64,000 nucleotides of DNA, from assembly GCA_031254295.1 (NCBI GenBank), contig JAIRUS010000046.1, forward strand, positions 2,973 through 66,972, in the 5' to 3' direction. Positions within the stretch are counted from its first letter, which is position 1. Each line of letters starts with the position of its first letter. The notes under the pieces are model-generated. The model saw nothing but the letters and a program-made list of their open reading frames with translations, made no database searches and was not told the origin of the DNA. A program made the position numbers and the translations under genes. Below are positions 37,222 to 46,455 of this stretch, piece by piece. The DNA comes from Streptococcaceae bacterium. Its GTDB lineage: Bacteria > Bacillota > Bacilli > Lactobacillales > Streptococcaceae.

Positions 37222-37569
37222 TCAAGCTATGAATCTCACGGTTAAAGTCCATATCTCTGCTTTTCTTCGTCTGGGGTCAATTTTTTTCGGAGTATCTTGC
37301 TTGTTTTCTATGAGCATATCTTGATATTCTTTACTTTTCATGATCTTTCTTCCACGTTTGATTATAGCGAAGTAGAAAGATATGGCAAGTAAAAAACAAA
37401 ATATCTTGCTATAATTTTCCAGATCATTCCACCATAGTGGTTTCTTAATTACAGGGGATAGTGGAAAAAATGCTTGAATAGATATCTCGACTACGAAAGC
37501 AGTGAATATGCTCACAACAGCAATTATCCACAATTTTCTCTCATATTTATCACTTACTATGTATTTCAT
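37222..37569 (-). CDS. Membrane protein, cassette 2 large gene (C-terminus altered by +1 frameshift)
   Basis: Paralog of 37835-38158 (IKRGRKIM.SKEYQDMLIENKQ). Removing one base of the T7 tract 37281-37287 restores PKKLTPDEEKQRYGL*. Confidence 0.75.
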   Translation of the reverse strand: MKYIVSDKYERKLWIIAVVSIFTAFVVEISIQAFFPLSPVIKKPLWWNDLENYSKIFCFLLAISFYFAIIKRGRKIMKSKEYQDMLIENKQDTPKKIDPRRRKAEIWTLTVRFIA

Positions 37570-37757
37570 TTTATAACTCCTGAAATTCTACCAATAATTG
37601 TGATAAGCATATTTAATAGTCCTATACTAGTTATGAGCATTAAAACTAAATTTCCTATCAAAAACCACATTCGCTTTTTTTCTATTCGTGGTTTATCATT
37701 TTCAAAGTCTTCTGCAATATATAAATGAACATAGTAATTAATTAGCTTATTTATCAC
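37566..37757 (-). CDS. Small membrane protein, cassette 2 small gene
   Basis: Paralog of 38161-38349 (NK.INY.V.LYI..D....PRIE..R..FLIG). Confidence 0.75.
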   Translation of the reverse strand: MINKLINYYVHLYIAEDFENDKPRIEKKRMWFLIGNLVLMLITSIGLLNMLITIIGRISGVIK

Positions 37758-37834
37758 TTTTTCTCCAAATTACTTTATTTTAAAATTGATTCCAATTTCT
37801 TACAGATTTATTCAATTAGCTATGAACTTTAGCA

Positions 37835-38158
37835 TTAAAGTCCATATCTCTTTTTCTCTTCTTCAGGGGTCAATTGCTTAGGTTCATTTTGTTTGTTTTC
37901 TATGAGCATATCTTGATATTCTTTGCTTCTCATGATTTTTCTTCCACGCTTGATGACTGTTCTAATGAAAAGTATTGCTATAATTATCCAAATCCAATTG
38001 ATAATATCTAGATATAATTGGGGCATTTTAGGATTAAGTTTAGCGATATCAATATTATTGGTAATAAAGCTTAGAATAGCTATGGGAATAAAACATAAAA
38101 ACATAATTACAGTGAGCATATTTTCTTGTTTTGAAGTTGTCTGAAAACTGAATTTCAT
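37835..38158 (-). CDS. Membrane protein, cassette 1 large gene (putative immunity)
   Basis: 2 TM plus basic/acidic tail; its RBS lies in the end of the small gene. Confidence 0.75.
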   Translation of the reverse strand: MKFSFQTTSKQENMLTVIMFLCFIPIAILSFITNNIDIAKLNPKMPQLYLDIINWIWIIIAILFIRTVIKRGRKIMRSKEYQDMLIENKQNEPKQLTPEEEKKRYGL

Positions 38159-38160
38159 TA

Positions 38161-38349
38161 CTATTTTCCTCCTACAAATAAATTATAGATGACAATCATA
38201 ATGAGTGAAGTCCAATATGAACCTACTATGCAAACAGCACTCATACTTCCAATCAAGAAAGCTAAACGGCTGCTTTCAATTCTGGGATTTTTTTTACGGG
38301 TATCCTGTCCAATATAGAGATTGACAAAATAATTTATAAATTTATTCAT
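38161..38349 (-). CDS. Small membrane protein, cassette 1 small gene (putative immunity)
   Basis: ATGA overlap with the toxin C-terminal ORF stop; 1 TM. Confidence 0.75.
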   Translation of the reverse strand: MNKFINYFVNLYIGQDTRKKNPRIESSRLAFLIGSMSAVCIVGSYWTSLIMIVIYNLFVGGK

Positions 38350-39795
38350 TTTTTCTTTTTCTCCTCCGATATTTTAAAATTAAATCCGGCGCCTGCACCA
38401 ACAGAAGTTTTTCCTCCTAGTGAAAATTCGCCTTTATTAGGGTTAATGTCTACATGTCCAGTTAAACCAGCAGATAGCACAGAACCTTCGAAGCTTGCAT
38501 TCGCTTTCAAATCAGTAAATGGAATTGTAAATGAAAAAGGTATTTCTAGCTTTGTAGCGGCTATTTCTGCGCCGCCCCCAATATTGAAGTTATTTTTATT
38601 TATATCAGTATAGCCACCTAATTTTCCTGTAACTAAGTTAATATTTGGCCTTGTATTCCATACTTTTGGAGACCATTCCAGCCATGTTCCCGATCCGCCA
38701 ATGCTCGGCCCCATATGGACGTTATCACCCACAGCCTTTGAGCCAAAAGTTTTTCCTTTAGGAGAAATAAGGCTAAAATTTCCATCCATCAGATTTTTTT
38801 TCCGTGACGGCTTTTCCAAATTCAACTTTACCTAATGCGGTATTCCACTGAAAGGCGGAGGCTTCTCCGTATTTTTTCAGTTTTTCTTTATACTCATCAT
38901 GATCGTCTTTTGTACTATATTCGCCATTCAAGAAATTTGATAATCTATTGAGCTTGTCCATTCTTTTTTGATTTTCACTATACTTTTTAAGAGCTAAATA
39001 AAGATCTTCAGCTTTCAAAGGTGAAAGTCCCATAGATTTTGCCATCTCCATAATGGCTTTCAGATCTTTAGGGTCTTTCTTATACTTGATAGTTAATCCT
39101 CCGGCTCCTTCGTCAAATTTCTCATTTCCAAGCTTTTTAGTCCAGCTCATATCGGCATTATTAATGTAGTAATTACCAGAACTGTCAAAACTAACTTGAT
39201 TCAGCGCTATTGCTCCTTGGATAGCCAGTTGAAAGGCTTCTAAACTATCGCTAAAAAGAGAGGAAACTGCAGATACAAACCATTGTAATTTATCAAGTTT
39301 AGTTTTAATTTCGCTAATTTGCGGTTCAAGGATTTGGTCACGCATGTATTCTAATGCTTGATTTTGAGCGATGATAGCCCCAAGCTCTCCAGAGAAAGTT
39401 TCCTGTATAAGATTAAAAAAATTATTATTTCTCTCAAGCTGATCATTGATTTCATCTACTTGCGCATTTTTTAATGTAAGTTGTTGCCTCAAGTTATCCT
39501 CATCTAGCAAATCATAGCCACTGATTTGAGAGTCTGCATAGCTGTAGGAAGAAAGATCGTTTCTAACATCATCAATAGCAGCGTGCACTTTATAAATGGC
39601 TGGAATGATAATCTGCTCAATGAGTCCTTTGCCTGCAGTATACACTGCTCCAGAAAGCAGGCCTGTATTGAGTACGGCTATCAAATGCTTACAACCATTT
39701 GTCAAACGCTCAACAATTTGCGTAGCGATATTTGAGTTATTTGTCAACGCTTGAATAAGTGCTTCAGACTCTGAACTACTATATTTTACTCCCAC
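38346..39795 (-). pseudogene. LXG toxin B split by a frameshift (ORFs 38773-39795 and 38346-38825)
   Basis: LXG N-terminus paralogous to toxin A. The reading frame shifts at the A8 tract (plus-strand T8, 38794-38801) or the adjacent TGGA duplication. Repair gives ~480 aa with a Gly-rich C-terminal domain. Confidence 0.75.
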
Positions 39796-40149
39796 GGCAG
39801 TGCATTCCTTTCTTTATGCAGTTTTTCAATGTCATCATCAGCTGTTTGCCTTATACAAGAATAAGTAAGATTTATTTCTTCGGACTGCTCTGAAATGTAA
39901 TTTCTCATACGTTGATTAAGTTCTTGGTTGAGTTCAAACTCCTCTTGAGCTTTTTGACTTCCCTTTGTAACCTGTTGATAAGAAATTTCGTCATACTGGG
40001 CAGATAGCTGCTGAAATTGACGATTGAAATTTTCTAAAATCACGTTGGTAGTTTTCTTTTTCTTGATATAGCGTATCTATATCATTCTCTTTATGTTGAA
40101 TTTTTAATCCAAGTTCGAGTCGCTCATTCGCATTAATATCTTTTGGCAT
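39786..40149 (-). pseudogene. LXG accessory (Lap-type) gene with a 1-bp insertion
   Basis: MPKDINANERLELGLKIQHKENDIDTLYQEKENYQR, then an extra base at ~40041, then ILENF...LHKERNALPWE. Repaired length is 363 nt, the same as paralog 9436-9798. Confidence 0.8.
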
Positions 40150-40152
40150 TGA

Positions 40153-40428
40153 CTACTCCCAACCTCTAGCATCGGCCTGATCGCGCTGTTCAATATGATA
40201 AGCCAACTCTGGGAATTTATTTGCTTGACCTAAAGTGGCAGAAACTAAATCAGAAACTGCAGTTAGCATTTGATTGGCTAGATTTTTTCCTGTTTCCATT
40301 CCTGATATTCCAGAGCTGTAGTTCAACTCAATATTCTGATTTTGAAAATTAGACGCATCAATTCCTGTTAGCTCGGCGATTGCCTCTTGAGCATCGACGG
40401 TATTTGATTGTATATTCCCTGACGACAT
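40153..40428 (-). CDS. TIGR04197/DUF3130-like small T7SSb accessory protein
   Basis: Paralog of 9161-9433 (AQEAIAELTGIDAS.F.NQ...QANKFPELA). Confidence 0.8.
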   Translation of the reverse strand: MSSGNIQSNTVDAQEAIAELTGIDASNFQNQNIELNYSSGISGMETGKNLANQMLTAVSDLVSATLGQANKFPELAYHIEQRDQADARGWE

Positions 40429-40509
40429 ATAAACTCCTTCTTTTTAATTCACGATTTAATTTTACTATTTTTTTGTAAAAGTTTCCGCATAGAGGGATAA
40501 AATGTCGAT

Positions 40510-40574
40510 AAAAGTAAAAGAAAAGCTAGGTTCAACAACCTAGCTTTCCCGGAGAATTTATGAAGATCTTCTTT
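40510..40574 (-). ncRNA. Short CiaR-dependent-type small RNA (csRNA)
   Basis: TTTAAG-5-TCTAAG-10-TATAAT; core TTCATAAATTCTCC; terminator AAAGCTAGG-TTGTTGAA-CCTAGCTTTT. Confidence 0.75.
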
Positions 40575-40679
40575 AAATATATTATAAGCCATAGAGCTTA
40601 GAAAGAACTTAAAAAATACGATAAAATACAGTAAAATAGAAGCTAAAGATAATTTAAAAAATATAGGAATTTAATTAAT

Positions 40680-41069
40680 ATGAAAAGTTTAAAAAAGTTA
40701 AGTCTGCTTTTGCTCTTTGCCATACTAAGTATGGGGCTTGTAGCTTGCTCAAATATTTCGGTCACAAAAGAAAGCTCAACGAAGAATGTTGTTCCGACCG
40801 CAAATAAGATTTTAGTAAAAGTTATGATTGCACAGAAAAGCAAGGATTATACTGTTAAGAGTGAGACTAATTTATTGACATTTGCTAAAAATCAACTCGC
40901 TGCAAATGAGGCAAATGGCTTGATTAACTCGGTAGCTGGAATGAAGTCAGACCCCACCAATAAAGCCTATCTGATGTTTAAGCTAAATGGAAAAGTTTCA
41001 AATGTGGGAGCAGAAGAGGTCAAATTAAAAGAGGGCGACAAGATTGAGTTCTATATTTCAAAATTCTAA
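40680..41069 (+). CDS. DUF4430-like lipoprotein
   Basis: Lipobox LVAC; GLINSVAG...YLMFKLNGKVSNVGA...LKEGDKIEF. Confidence 0.8.
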   Translation: MKSLKKLSLLLLFAILSMGLVACSNISVTKESSTKNVVPTANKILVKVMIAQKSKDYTVKSETNLLTFAKNQLAANEANGLINSVAGMKSDPTNKAYLMFKLNGKVSNVGAEEVKLKEGDKIEFYISKF

Positions 41070-41577
41070 TCGAAATCTTAAGAGCTTTAGTCCAAAACAT
41101 CTAGCGACATTAGGTTTACTGACAGCAGTTTGTGTGGTGATACGTTTGTTTTTTACTTGGCTTCCGAATTTTACAGCTGTAACGGCGCTGATTCTCCTCG
41201 TTTGCCTTTATTGGGGATTATTTGATGCCTTGATTGTCGCAAATCTTATGGTTTTGGCAACAGGCCTTTATCTGGGAATAGGCTACTGGGTCTTCGAGCA
41301 GATGTTGGCTTATAGTTTGGTTCTTTTGATTTATTTTTTACTCTGTAAAATTCCGAGCTTAAAAAAACTGCCGATGCAAATGATGCTCGCTTTTTGTAGC
41401 GCTTTGCTTTATGGTTTTATCATTTCAGCTTGTGAAGTCTTCATCTTCAGAATTAATTTTTTCTGGGCTTATTACGGAGCTGGCATTCCCTTTGATCTGA
41501 TGCACGCGTCAGGAAGTTTTCTGTTTATGTTGATATTAAAAAAGCCTGTCGAACTACTTAGAAAACGACTAGGCTAA
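41044..41577 (+). CDS. ECF transporter S component (CbrT-like)
   Basis: About 6 TM; LTAVCVVIR...LPNF, GIPFDLMHA; start codon uncertain (TTG). Confidence 0.75.
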   Translation: MSSIFQNSNRNLKSFSPKHLATLGLLTAVCVVIRLFFTWLPNFTAVTALILLVCLYWGLFDALIVANLMVLATGLYLGIGYWVFEQMLAYSLVLLIYFLLCKIPSLKKLPMQMMLAFCSALLYGFIISACEVFIFRINFFWAYYGAGIPFDLMHASGSFLFMLILKKPVELLRKRLG

Positions 41578-41609
41578 TCAGTATATCAATGACGAAAAAG
41601 AAGCTTATA

Positions 41610-41771
41610 TTATTTCGCGCCTTTTTGTTTTTTCATTTTTTCTCGGAGATTGGCAATTTTTGAATTCGTCTCCTTTTGGGTATTGCTTCCTCTACCACCA
41701 GCAGTAGAGTTCTTCTCGTGAAATTTTCCAACTGCGGCTGTTCCTTTATTGTCAAGTTGATATTTTCCCAT
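41610..41771 (-). CDS. 53-aa basic small protein translationally coupled to luxS
   Basis: [53 protein letters not shown]; TAATG overlap with the luxS stop; AGAAAGG RBS. Confidence 0.75.
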   Translation of the reverse strand: MGKYQLDNKGTAAVGKFHEKNSTAGGRGSNTQKETNSKIANLREKMKKQKGAK

Positions 41772-42265
41772 TAGATAACCTTTCTTTCAAATGCGTCAAT
41801 AGAGATGCCCTCAGCCAGAATTTTCTTTGCCCACTCTTTAGCCCCAAAGACGCTATGGTTTTTATAGTTTCCACATTCCTTTTCTGCAACACCAGGAACT
41901 TGCTCCCAGTCGAAGGCGTCACTTGCAATTTCTTCAAGAGAGGCCTTAATGACCTGAGCGATTTCTGCGGAGGAATGCTCTCCCCACATGATCATGTGAA
42001 AGCCAGTCTGACAACCAAATGGCGAGAAATCAATCATCCCGTCAATGCGATTGCGGATCAGGCTCGCCATGCTATGCTCGATAGTATGCAATGCAGCCAT
42101 GCCGATAACATTGCGGTTAGGTTGTACAAAACGGACGTCAAAGTTAGTAATGCTATCGCCATGTGGGCCTTTTTCAATATTGATTAGGCGCACATAAGGG
42201 GCCAGCACTTTTGTGTGATCCAGTTGAAAACTTTCTACATTATTTATCTTTTTTGTTTCAGCCAT
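41771..42265 (-). CDS. luxS: S-ribosylhomocysteine lyase
   Basis: [33 protein letters not shown]. Confidence 0.97.
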   Translation of the reverse strand: MAETKKINNVESFQLDHTKVLAPYVRLINIEKGPHGDSITNFDVRFVQPNRNVIGMAALHTIEHSMASLIRNRIDGMIDFSPFGCQTGFHMIMWGEHSSAEIAQVIKASLEEIASDAFDWEQVPGVAEKECGNYKNHSVFGAKEWAKKILAEGISIDAFERKVI

Positions 42266-42330
42266 TTATAAAATCCTCCATATTTAATTTGAATTAGTTA
42301 TATTGTACCATTGATTGAAGGATATCAATA

Positions 42331-42359
42331 AAAAATCTTGATTCAAAATCAAGATTTTT
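42331..42359. terminator. Terminator downstream of the pullulanase gene
   Basis: AAAAATCTTGATT-CAA-AATCAAGATTTTT. Confidence 0.65.
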
Positions 42360-42385
42360 TATCTCTGCTGATATGTTAGTTCTTG

Positions 42386-45300
42386 TTATTCATATTTCTT
42401 TTTCTTGTTCAACAGGATTGAACCTGAGATCAAAAGAGCATAGATGCCAAGTGCTTCAAGTCCAGTTGCTTCACTCAGGTTTTCACCAGTCCTAGGAAGT
42501 ATAGATGCTGGAGAGCTTGCCGTGGAAGAATTAGGATTTGCATTACTAGCAGATTTTGCTTTACTTGAACCTTGCGAAATCTCTGAGGATGGAGTTGGAG
42601 CTACATTTGACCATTTTGCGTAAAGCGTTAAGTCAGAAATAACTGTTTGAGCGAAGTTGTAAGCTTGGGTGAGCTGACTGTCAGCATACCAGCCAGAAAA
42701 AGTGTAGCCAGATTTGCTCGGAGTAGCAGGAGCGTTGACTTTTTCTCCCTCGACAATCGTAAGATTTGAGAGACGATTTCCACCATTGCTGTTGAAGGAG
42801 ACGGTGAAATCTTGGGCAAGGCGAATAATGGTCGCGGATAAGTCAGAGAGGGCGAGAGTTTTAGAAGCGACTTTTTGACCAGAGATCAAGCCAGTGCTGT
42901 CGCTGACCTCAACTTCGGCCTCTGTAAAGTCGGTCGTCGCATAGTTATTCAGTCCCGCTAGGCTACTGGAGCCTTGACCAAGGGAAACGACCTTCCCAGA
43001 AGCATTATAGACAACGAGGAATTTCTGCTTGCCCTGAGTGACTTCATAAGTAATCAGACCTGAACCTGGAAGCTGATTGGTGATTTTAACGCTCGCATTG
43101 ATTTCATTGAAAGTTGGCAGAGTAAAGGATGGGTTAGTTTTTTTGAAGGTAATGACATCTTGGATAAATTTGACCATGCTAGAGTTTGTGCCTGCTAGAT
43201 TCCAATTAATACTGTTTACAGTATCTCCAGCGTTGTAAGAATTAACGGCGGCTTCCCATTCACTGTCATCAATTTTCCCATTATTATTGGCGTCGACGAC
43301 TTTTGTGCGGTCAAATTCTTGGCCTGTTTCCATGATAGTGGAACCTGCGGAAAGGAGATTGATGGCATTTGCAAGATTGACACGGAGATTATGCTGGACC
43401 TGCGTGTCGGTTGGATTCTGCTTCCAGATGAGGTCGTTCAGCGTAGCATTGTCATGGACTTCGACGAAGTTGAAGATTTGAGATGGCGTAAGAGCTGGAA
43501 TGGATTTTTCTCCCATGGCTTTCTGCGTGCCAGTGATGACGTCGGCGACCCCAGCCACGGTATCGTCAAAGACATTGTTCGTCGTGGATTCATTGACAAA
43601 TCCAGTCTTTGGATCTGTCTTGCTGTAGACATCGGAGCCCTTAATAGCATCGCGGGCAATGTCGTTGAAGACACCGATGCCAGGAATTTCTTGAATATTA
43701 TTCTGGTCTGAGAGTTGCTTCTTCGGCAAGGCAGTTGAGCTGCCGTTCCAGCCCTCGCCATAGAGGAGGATATTGGGGTCAATGGCATTGAGCTTGGCGC
43801 GAATGCTGTTCATCGTATTGACATCAATATTCATCATTTGGTCGAAGCGGAAGCCATCAATGTTGTAGTTATTCACCCAACCGAGGAGGGAATTGACGAT
43901 GTAATTAGAGTACATTTCACGCTCGCTGGCCGTGTCATTGCCCATGCCAGATCCGTTGGACTTGCGGAAGTAGTAATCAGGTGTGAGAACTTGGAAAGGA
44001 GAGCTGGCGACATTTGCCACGTGTGGATAGACGACATCCATGATAACGCCAATTCCTGCATTATGTAGGCCTTGAACCATTTGCTTCATTTCAGTGACAC
44101 GGGTCAGAGGATTTGCTGCATTTGTAGAATAGCTTCCCTCTGGCACATTATAATTCAAGGGATTGTAGCCCCAGTTTTGTTCGTCTTTGGTCTCATCATT
44201 GGCAAAATCAGCCGTCGGCATGACTTCGACATAGTTAATCCCTAGCTTTTTGAGATAATCCAGACCAGTTGGGTTTCCAGCTGCATTCTTTGTCCCTGTC
44301 TGAATGACACCGAGATATTTACCACGGATAGCTTTGTCAACGCCAGAGCTTGCGGAAATCGTGAAATCACGAATGTTCATCTCCTGAATGATGGCATCGG
44401 TTGGAGATGAAACGCGCCAAGTCGCCTCTGCGCCCTGCTTAACGCTGAAGCCAGCTGGAATGGTATCCGCAGGATTCACAACGACAGAGCGTGTACCATT
44501 GAGAATCGTTGCGACCGTGTAAGGATCTTCGACCAGAACCGAAGTTCCGTCTTGATAAGTCACCTTATAAGCGTAAACTGTATTTTTCTGATCGCCAGAC
44601 CTTGTCAGTGTCCAAAGCCCGACGGTGTTGAGCGTGTGATTGTCAGGATTTGAAACTTTTCCTTGGACCATGTCGTAGGTTGAAAGGGCAGGCGCTGTGG
44701 GACTCGTATTCGTCCCATAGTCGACCAATTGAACCTTCGATATGCCAGTGTCGGCAGTTGTAGGTGCCCAGACCTTGTAGGTCGTGCTGTTAGGACTGTA
44801 AATCGCTCCAAGTGCACCATCATAGCCCCATTGTTTGTCAAAGGCGGCATAGTCAATATTTCCACGAGCGAAAGCAGCCATGGCATCTGTAGAGTTTTGG
44901 AAGACCTTATTGACCCCAGACACAATATAAATGTCTTTTGGGCTACCGTCAAGATTTGGACTGACAGAAAGATCAGAGGTCTGAGCCGCCCAATCATTGC
45001 CGGCAACACTTTGACGAATGATGAGATTGACCTTGTTGAAGTTGGCCTTAGCATTGCCGTCTGTGGCAGAAGTATCATATTTGAGCGTGCCTGTGTTCCA
45101 AGTATTTCCGTCAATCGTTGTCGTGCCTGAGAACTGATTGCTAGCTCCATTGCCATCGACCCATTTCCAGATGTTCCAATCTGTGTAGCCTGCTGGATTG
45201 TAGAAATGGACATTGAGTGTGGCAGCCGAAACAGCATCAGGAGCGGGAGCGATTGTCAGCGTTTGGCGAACAAATGCTGGAGCGGTATCCTGTCCCATGT

Positions 45301-46303
45301 ATTGGACAGTGTAAGTCCCGACAGGTAAGCTATACGTTCCGCTTTTATCGGGGACGAGCAGTGTGTCAGCTTTAAAAACGGTAATATTTGTCGGATTTCT
45401 GGAACTATCTGATAAAGCAGCAGGAGTATAGGACGTCTCTGTCTGTCCTTGGGGCAGAGTAATGATCTGGCTAGTAATAGGCACTTGCAAGGTCGCCTGA
45501 TTGGCCGCCGCCACGTTAAAGATGAGTTGCTTTGTCGCCGTGACCTTTCCTTCATTTGGACTTGTATAGCCATAACTGTAGTCAACGGTGTAAGTTCCAG
45601 CGCTTGTCGGTGTAAATTGGCTTGGGTCTGTCGTAAGGGCAGCACCATTTACAGAAATTGAAAGCCCAGTGCTTGGTGTGAGTTGACTCGGATTATTAAT
45701 CGTTGCGCTCAGGTTGACAGCTTGATTGACAGTGGCAGTTGTGATGGTTGGAACTGTAATGGAGATTTCATTATAAGATTTGTCAGTTGGAAGTCCAGCC
45801 GAGTTGATATTGATTTGCTCAGAAGTCCCAGTGGCGACAGTAGCTTTAATGTCGTCACCGGCTGTGCCGTCGCCATTGACATCTCCGTTTAGTTTCTGAG
45901 CCGTACTCCAGTCATTTGTCGTCGTGACAATCACGCCAACATCTGTAGGTGTCTTGACATCAGGAATCGTGGTCTGGTATTGATTGGTCGTTCCTGTGGC
46001 AAGGGTCATATTATTGAAGTTTCCATCGGCCGTCGTTCCTGTTCCCCAAACATAGGCATATGGAGCTGTTGTTTGACTGGCTGGTGCCGTGTAATTAACC
46101 TGCACGCTTGGTGCAATTGTATCGGCAGCAGCCACGAGAGTCCAATTTGTGAATTGGTTAATGACTTCTGGAGTAGCTGCCGTGAAAGTGAGGGCCGCAA
46201 GGGCAGTAGAAGCATAAAGCCAAGTTTTCCCAGATTTCCAACTCCGATAGTGTGATTTGCTCGTGTGTAAACGGGTGACACGGCTCAAATTTTGCGTTTT
46301 CAT
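42386..46303 (-). CDS. pulA: Cell-wall-anchored type I pullulanase (GH13)
   Basis: KxYKxGKxW-type signal (YRSWKSGKTWLY); CBM-like modules; NWGYNP, DVVYPH, GFRFDQM, YGEGW, FVEVHDN; InlB-B-type repeat; LPRTG anchor; ATG 46303 with AAGGAG. Confidence 0.9.
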   Translation of the reverse strand: MKTQNLSRVTRLHTSKSHYRSWKSGKTWLYASTALAALTFTAATPEVINQFTNWTLVAAADTIAPSVQVNYTAPASQTTAPYAYVWGTGTTADGNFNNMTLATGTTNQYQTTIPDVKTPTDVGVIVTTTNDWSTAQKLNGDVNGDGTAGDDIKATVATGTSEQININSAGLPTDKSYNEISITVPTITTATVNQAVNLSATINNPSQLTPSTGLSISVNGAALTTDPSQFTPTSAGTYTVDYSYGYTSPNEGKVTATKQLIFNVAAANQATLQVPITSQIITLPQGQTETSYTPAALSDSSRNPTNITVFKADTLLVPDKSGTYSLPVGTYTVQYMGQDTAPAFVRQTLTIAPAPDAVSAATLNVHFYNPAGYTDWNIWKWVDGNGASNQFSGTTTIDGNTWNTGTLKYDTSATDGNAKANFNKVNLIIRQSVAGNDWAAQTSDLSVSPNLDGSPKDIYIVSGVNKVFQNSTDAMAAFARGNIDYAAFDKQWGYDGALGAIYSPNSTTYKVWAPTTADTGISKVQLVDYGTNTSPTAPALSTYDMVQGKVSNPDNHTLNTVGLWTLTRSGDQKNTVYAYKVTYQDGTSVLVEDPYTVATILNGTRSVVVNPADTIPAGFSVKQGAEATWRVSSPTDAIIQEMNIRDFTISASSGVDKAIRGKYLGVIQTGTKNAAGNPTGLDYLKKLGINYVEVMPTADFANDETKDEQNWGYNPLNYNVPEGSYSTNAANPLTRVTEMKQMVQGLHNAGIGVIMDVVYPHVANVASSPFQVLTPDYYFRKSNGSGMGNDTASEREMYSNYIVNSLLGWVNNYNIDGFRFDQMMNIDVNTMNSIRAKLNAIDPNILLYGEGWNGSSTALPKKQLSDQNNIQEIPGIGVFNDIARDAIKGSDVYSKTDPKTGFVNESTTNNVFDDTVAGVADVITGTQKAMGEKSIPALTPSQIFNFVEVHDNATLNDLIWKQNPTDTQVQHNLRVNLANAINLLSAGSTIMETGQEFDRTKVVDANNNGKIDDSEWEAAVNSYNAGDTVNSINWNLAGTNSSMVKFIQDVITFKKTNPSFTLPTFNEINASVKITNQLPGSGLITYEVTQGKQKFLVVYNASGKVVSLGQGSSSLAGLNNYATTDFTEAEVEVSDSTGLISGQKVASKTLALSDLSATIIRLAQDFTVSFNSNGGNRLSNLTIVEGEKVNAPATPSKSGYTFSGWYADSQLTQAYNFAQTVISDLTLYAKWSNVAPTPSSEISQGSSKAKSASNANPNSSTASSPASILPRTGENLSEATGLEALGIYALLISGSILLNKKKKYE

Positions 46304-46337
46304 AAATATCTCCTTGTGATAAATAATATCCAAAACA

Positions 46338-46379
46338 AGTAATCGCTTACATGATATACAATATTTTCTTATTTGTCAA
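46338..46379 (-). promoter_or_regulatory. Pullulanase promoter with cre
   Basis: TTGACA-17-TATCAT followed by TGTAAGCGATTACT. Confidence 0.75.
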
Positions 46380-46455
46380 GTGTAAATAGAGTTTGAAATA
46401 GAGAGTTGGAAATCTAAAAGAACAGATTTTTTTAAAATCTGGTACAATTCTAAAC

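Noticed and set aside
42331-42359. 13-bp perfect inverted repeat as a second recombinase site
   Set aside because: 3-bp loop, A/T tails, directly after the pullulanase stop and unrelated in sequence to 7171-7203; it fits a terminator.
42628-46281. Many 60-210-aa alternative-frame ORFs inside the pullulanase gene (e.g. 44605-45237)
   Set aside because: Shadow ORFs of a relatively GC-rich gene; no RBS or recognisable motifs.
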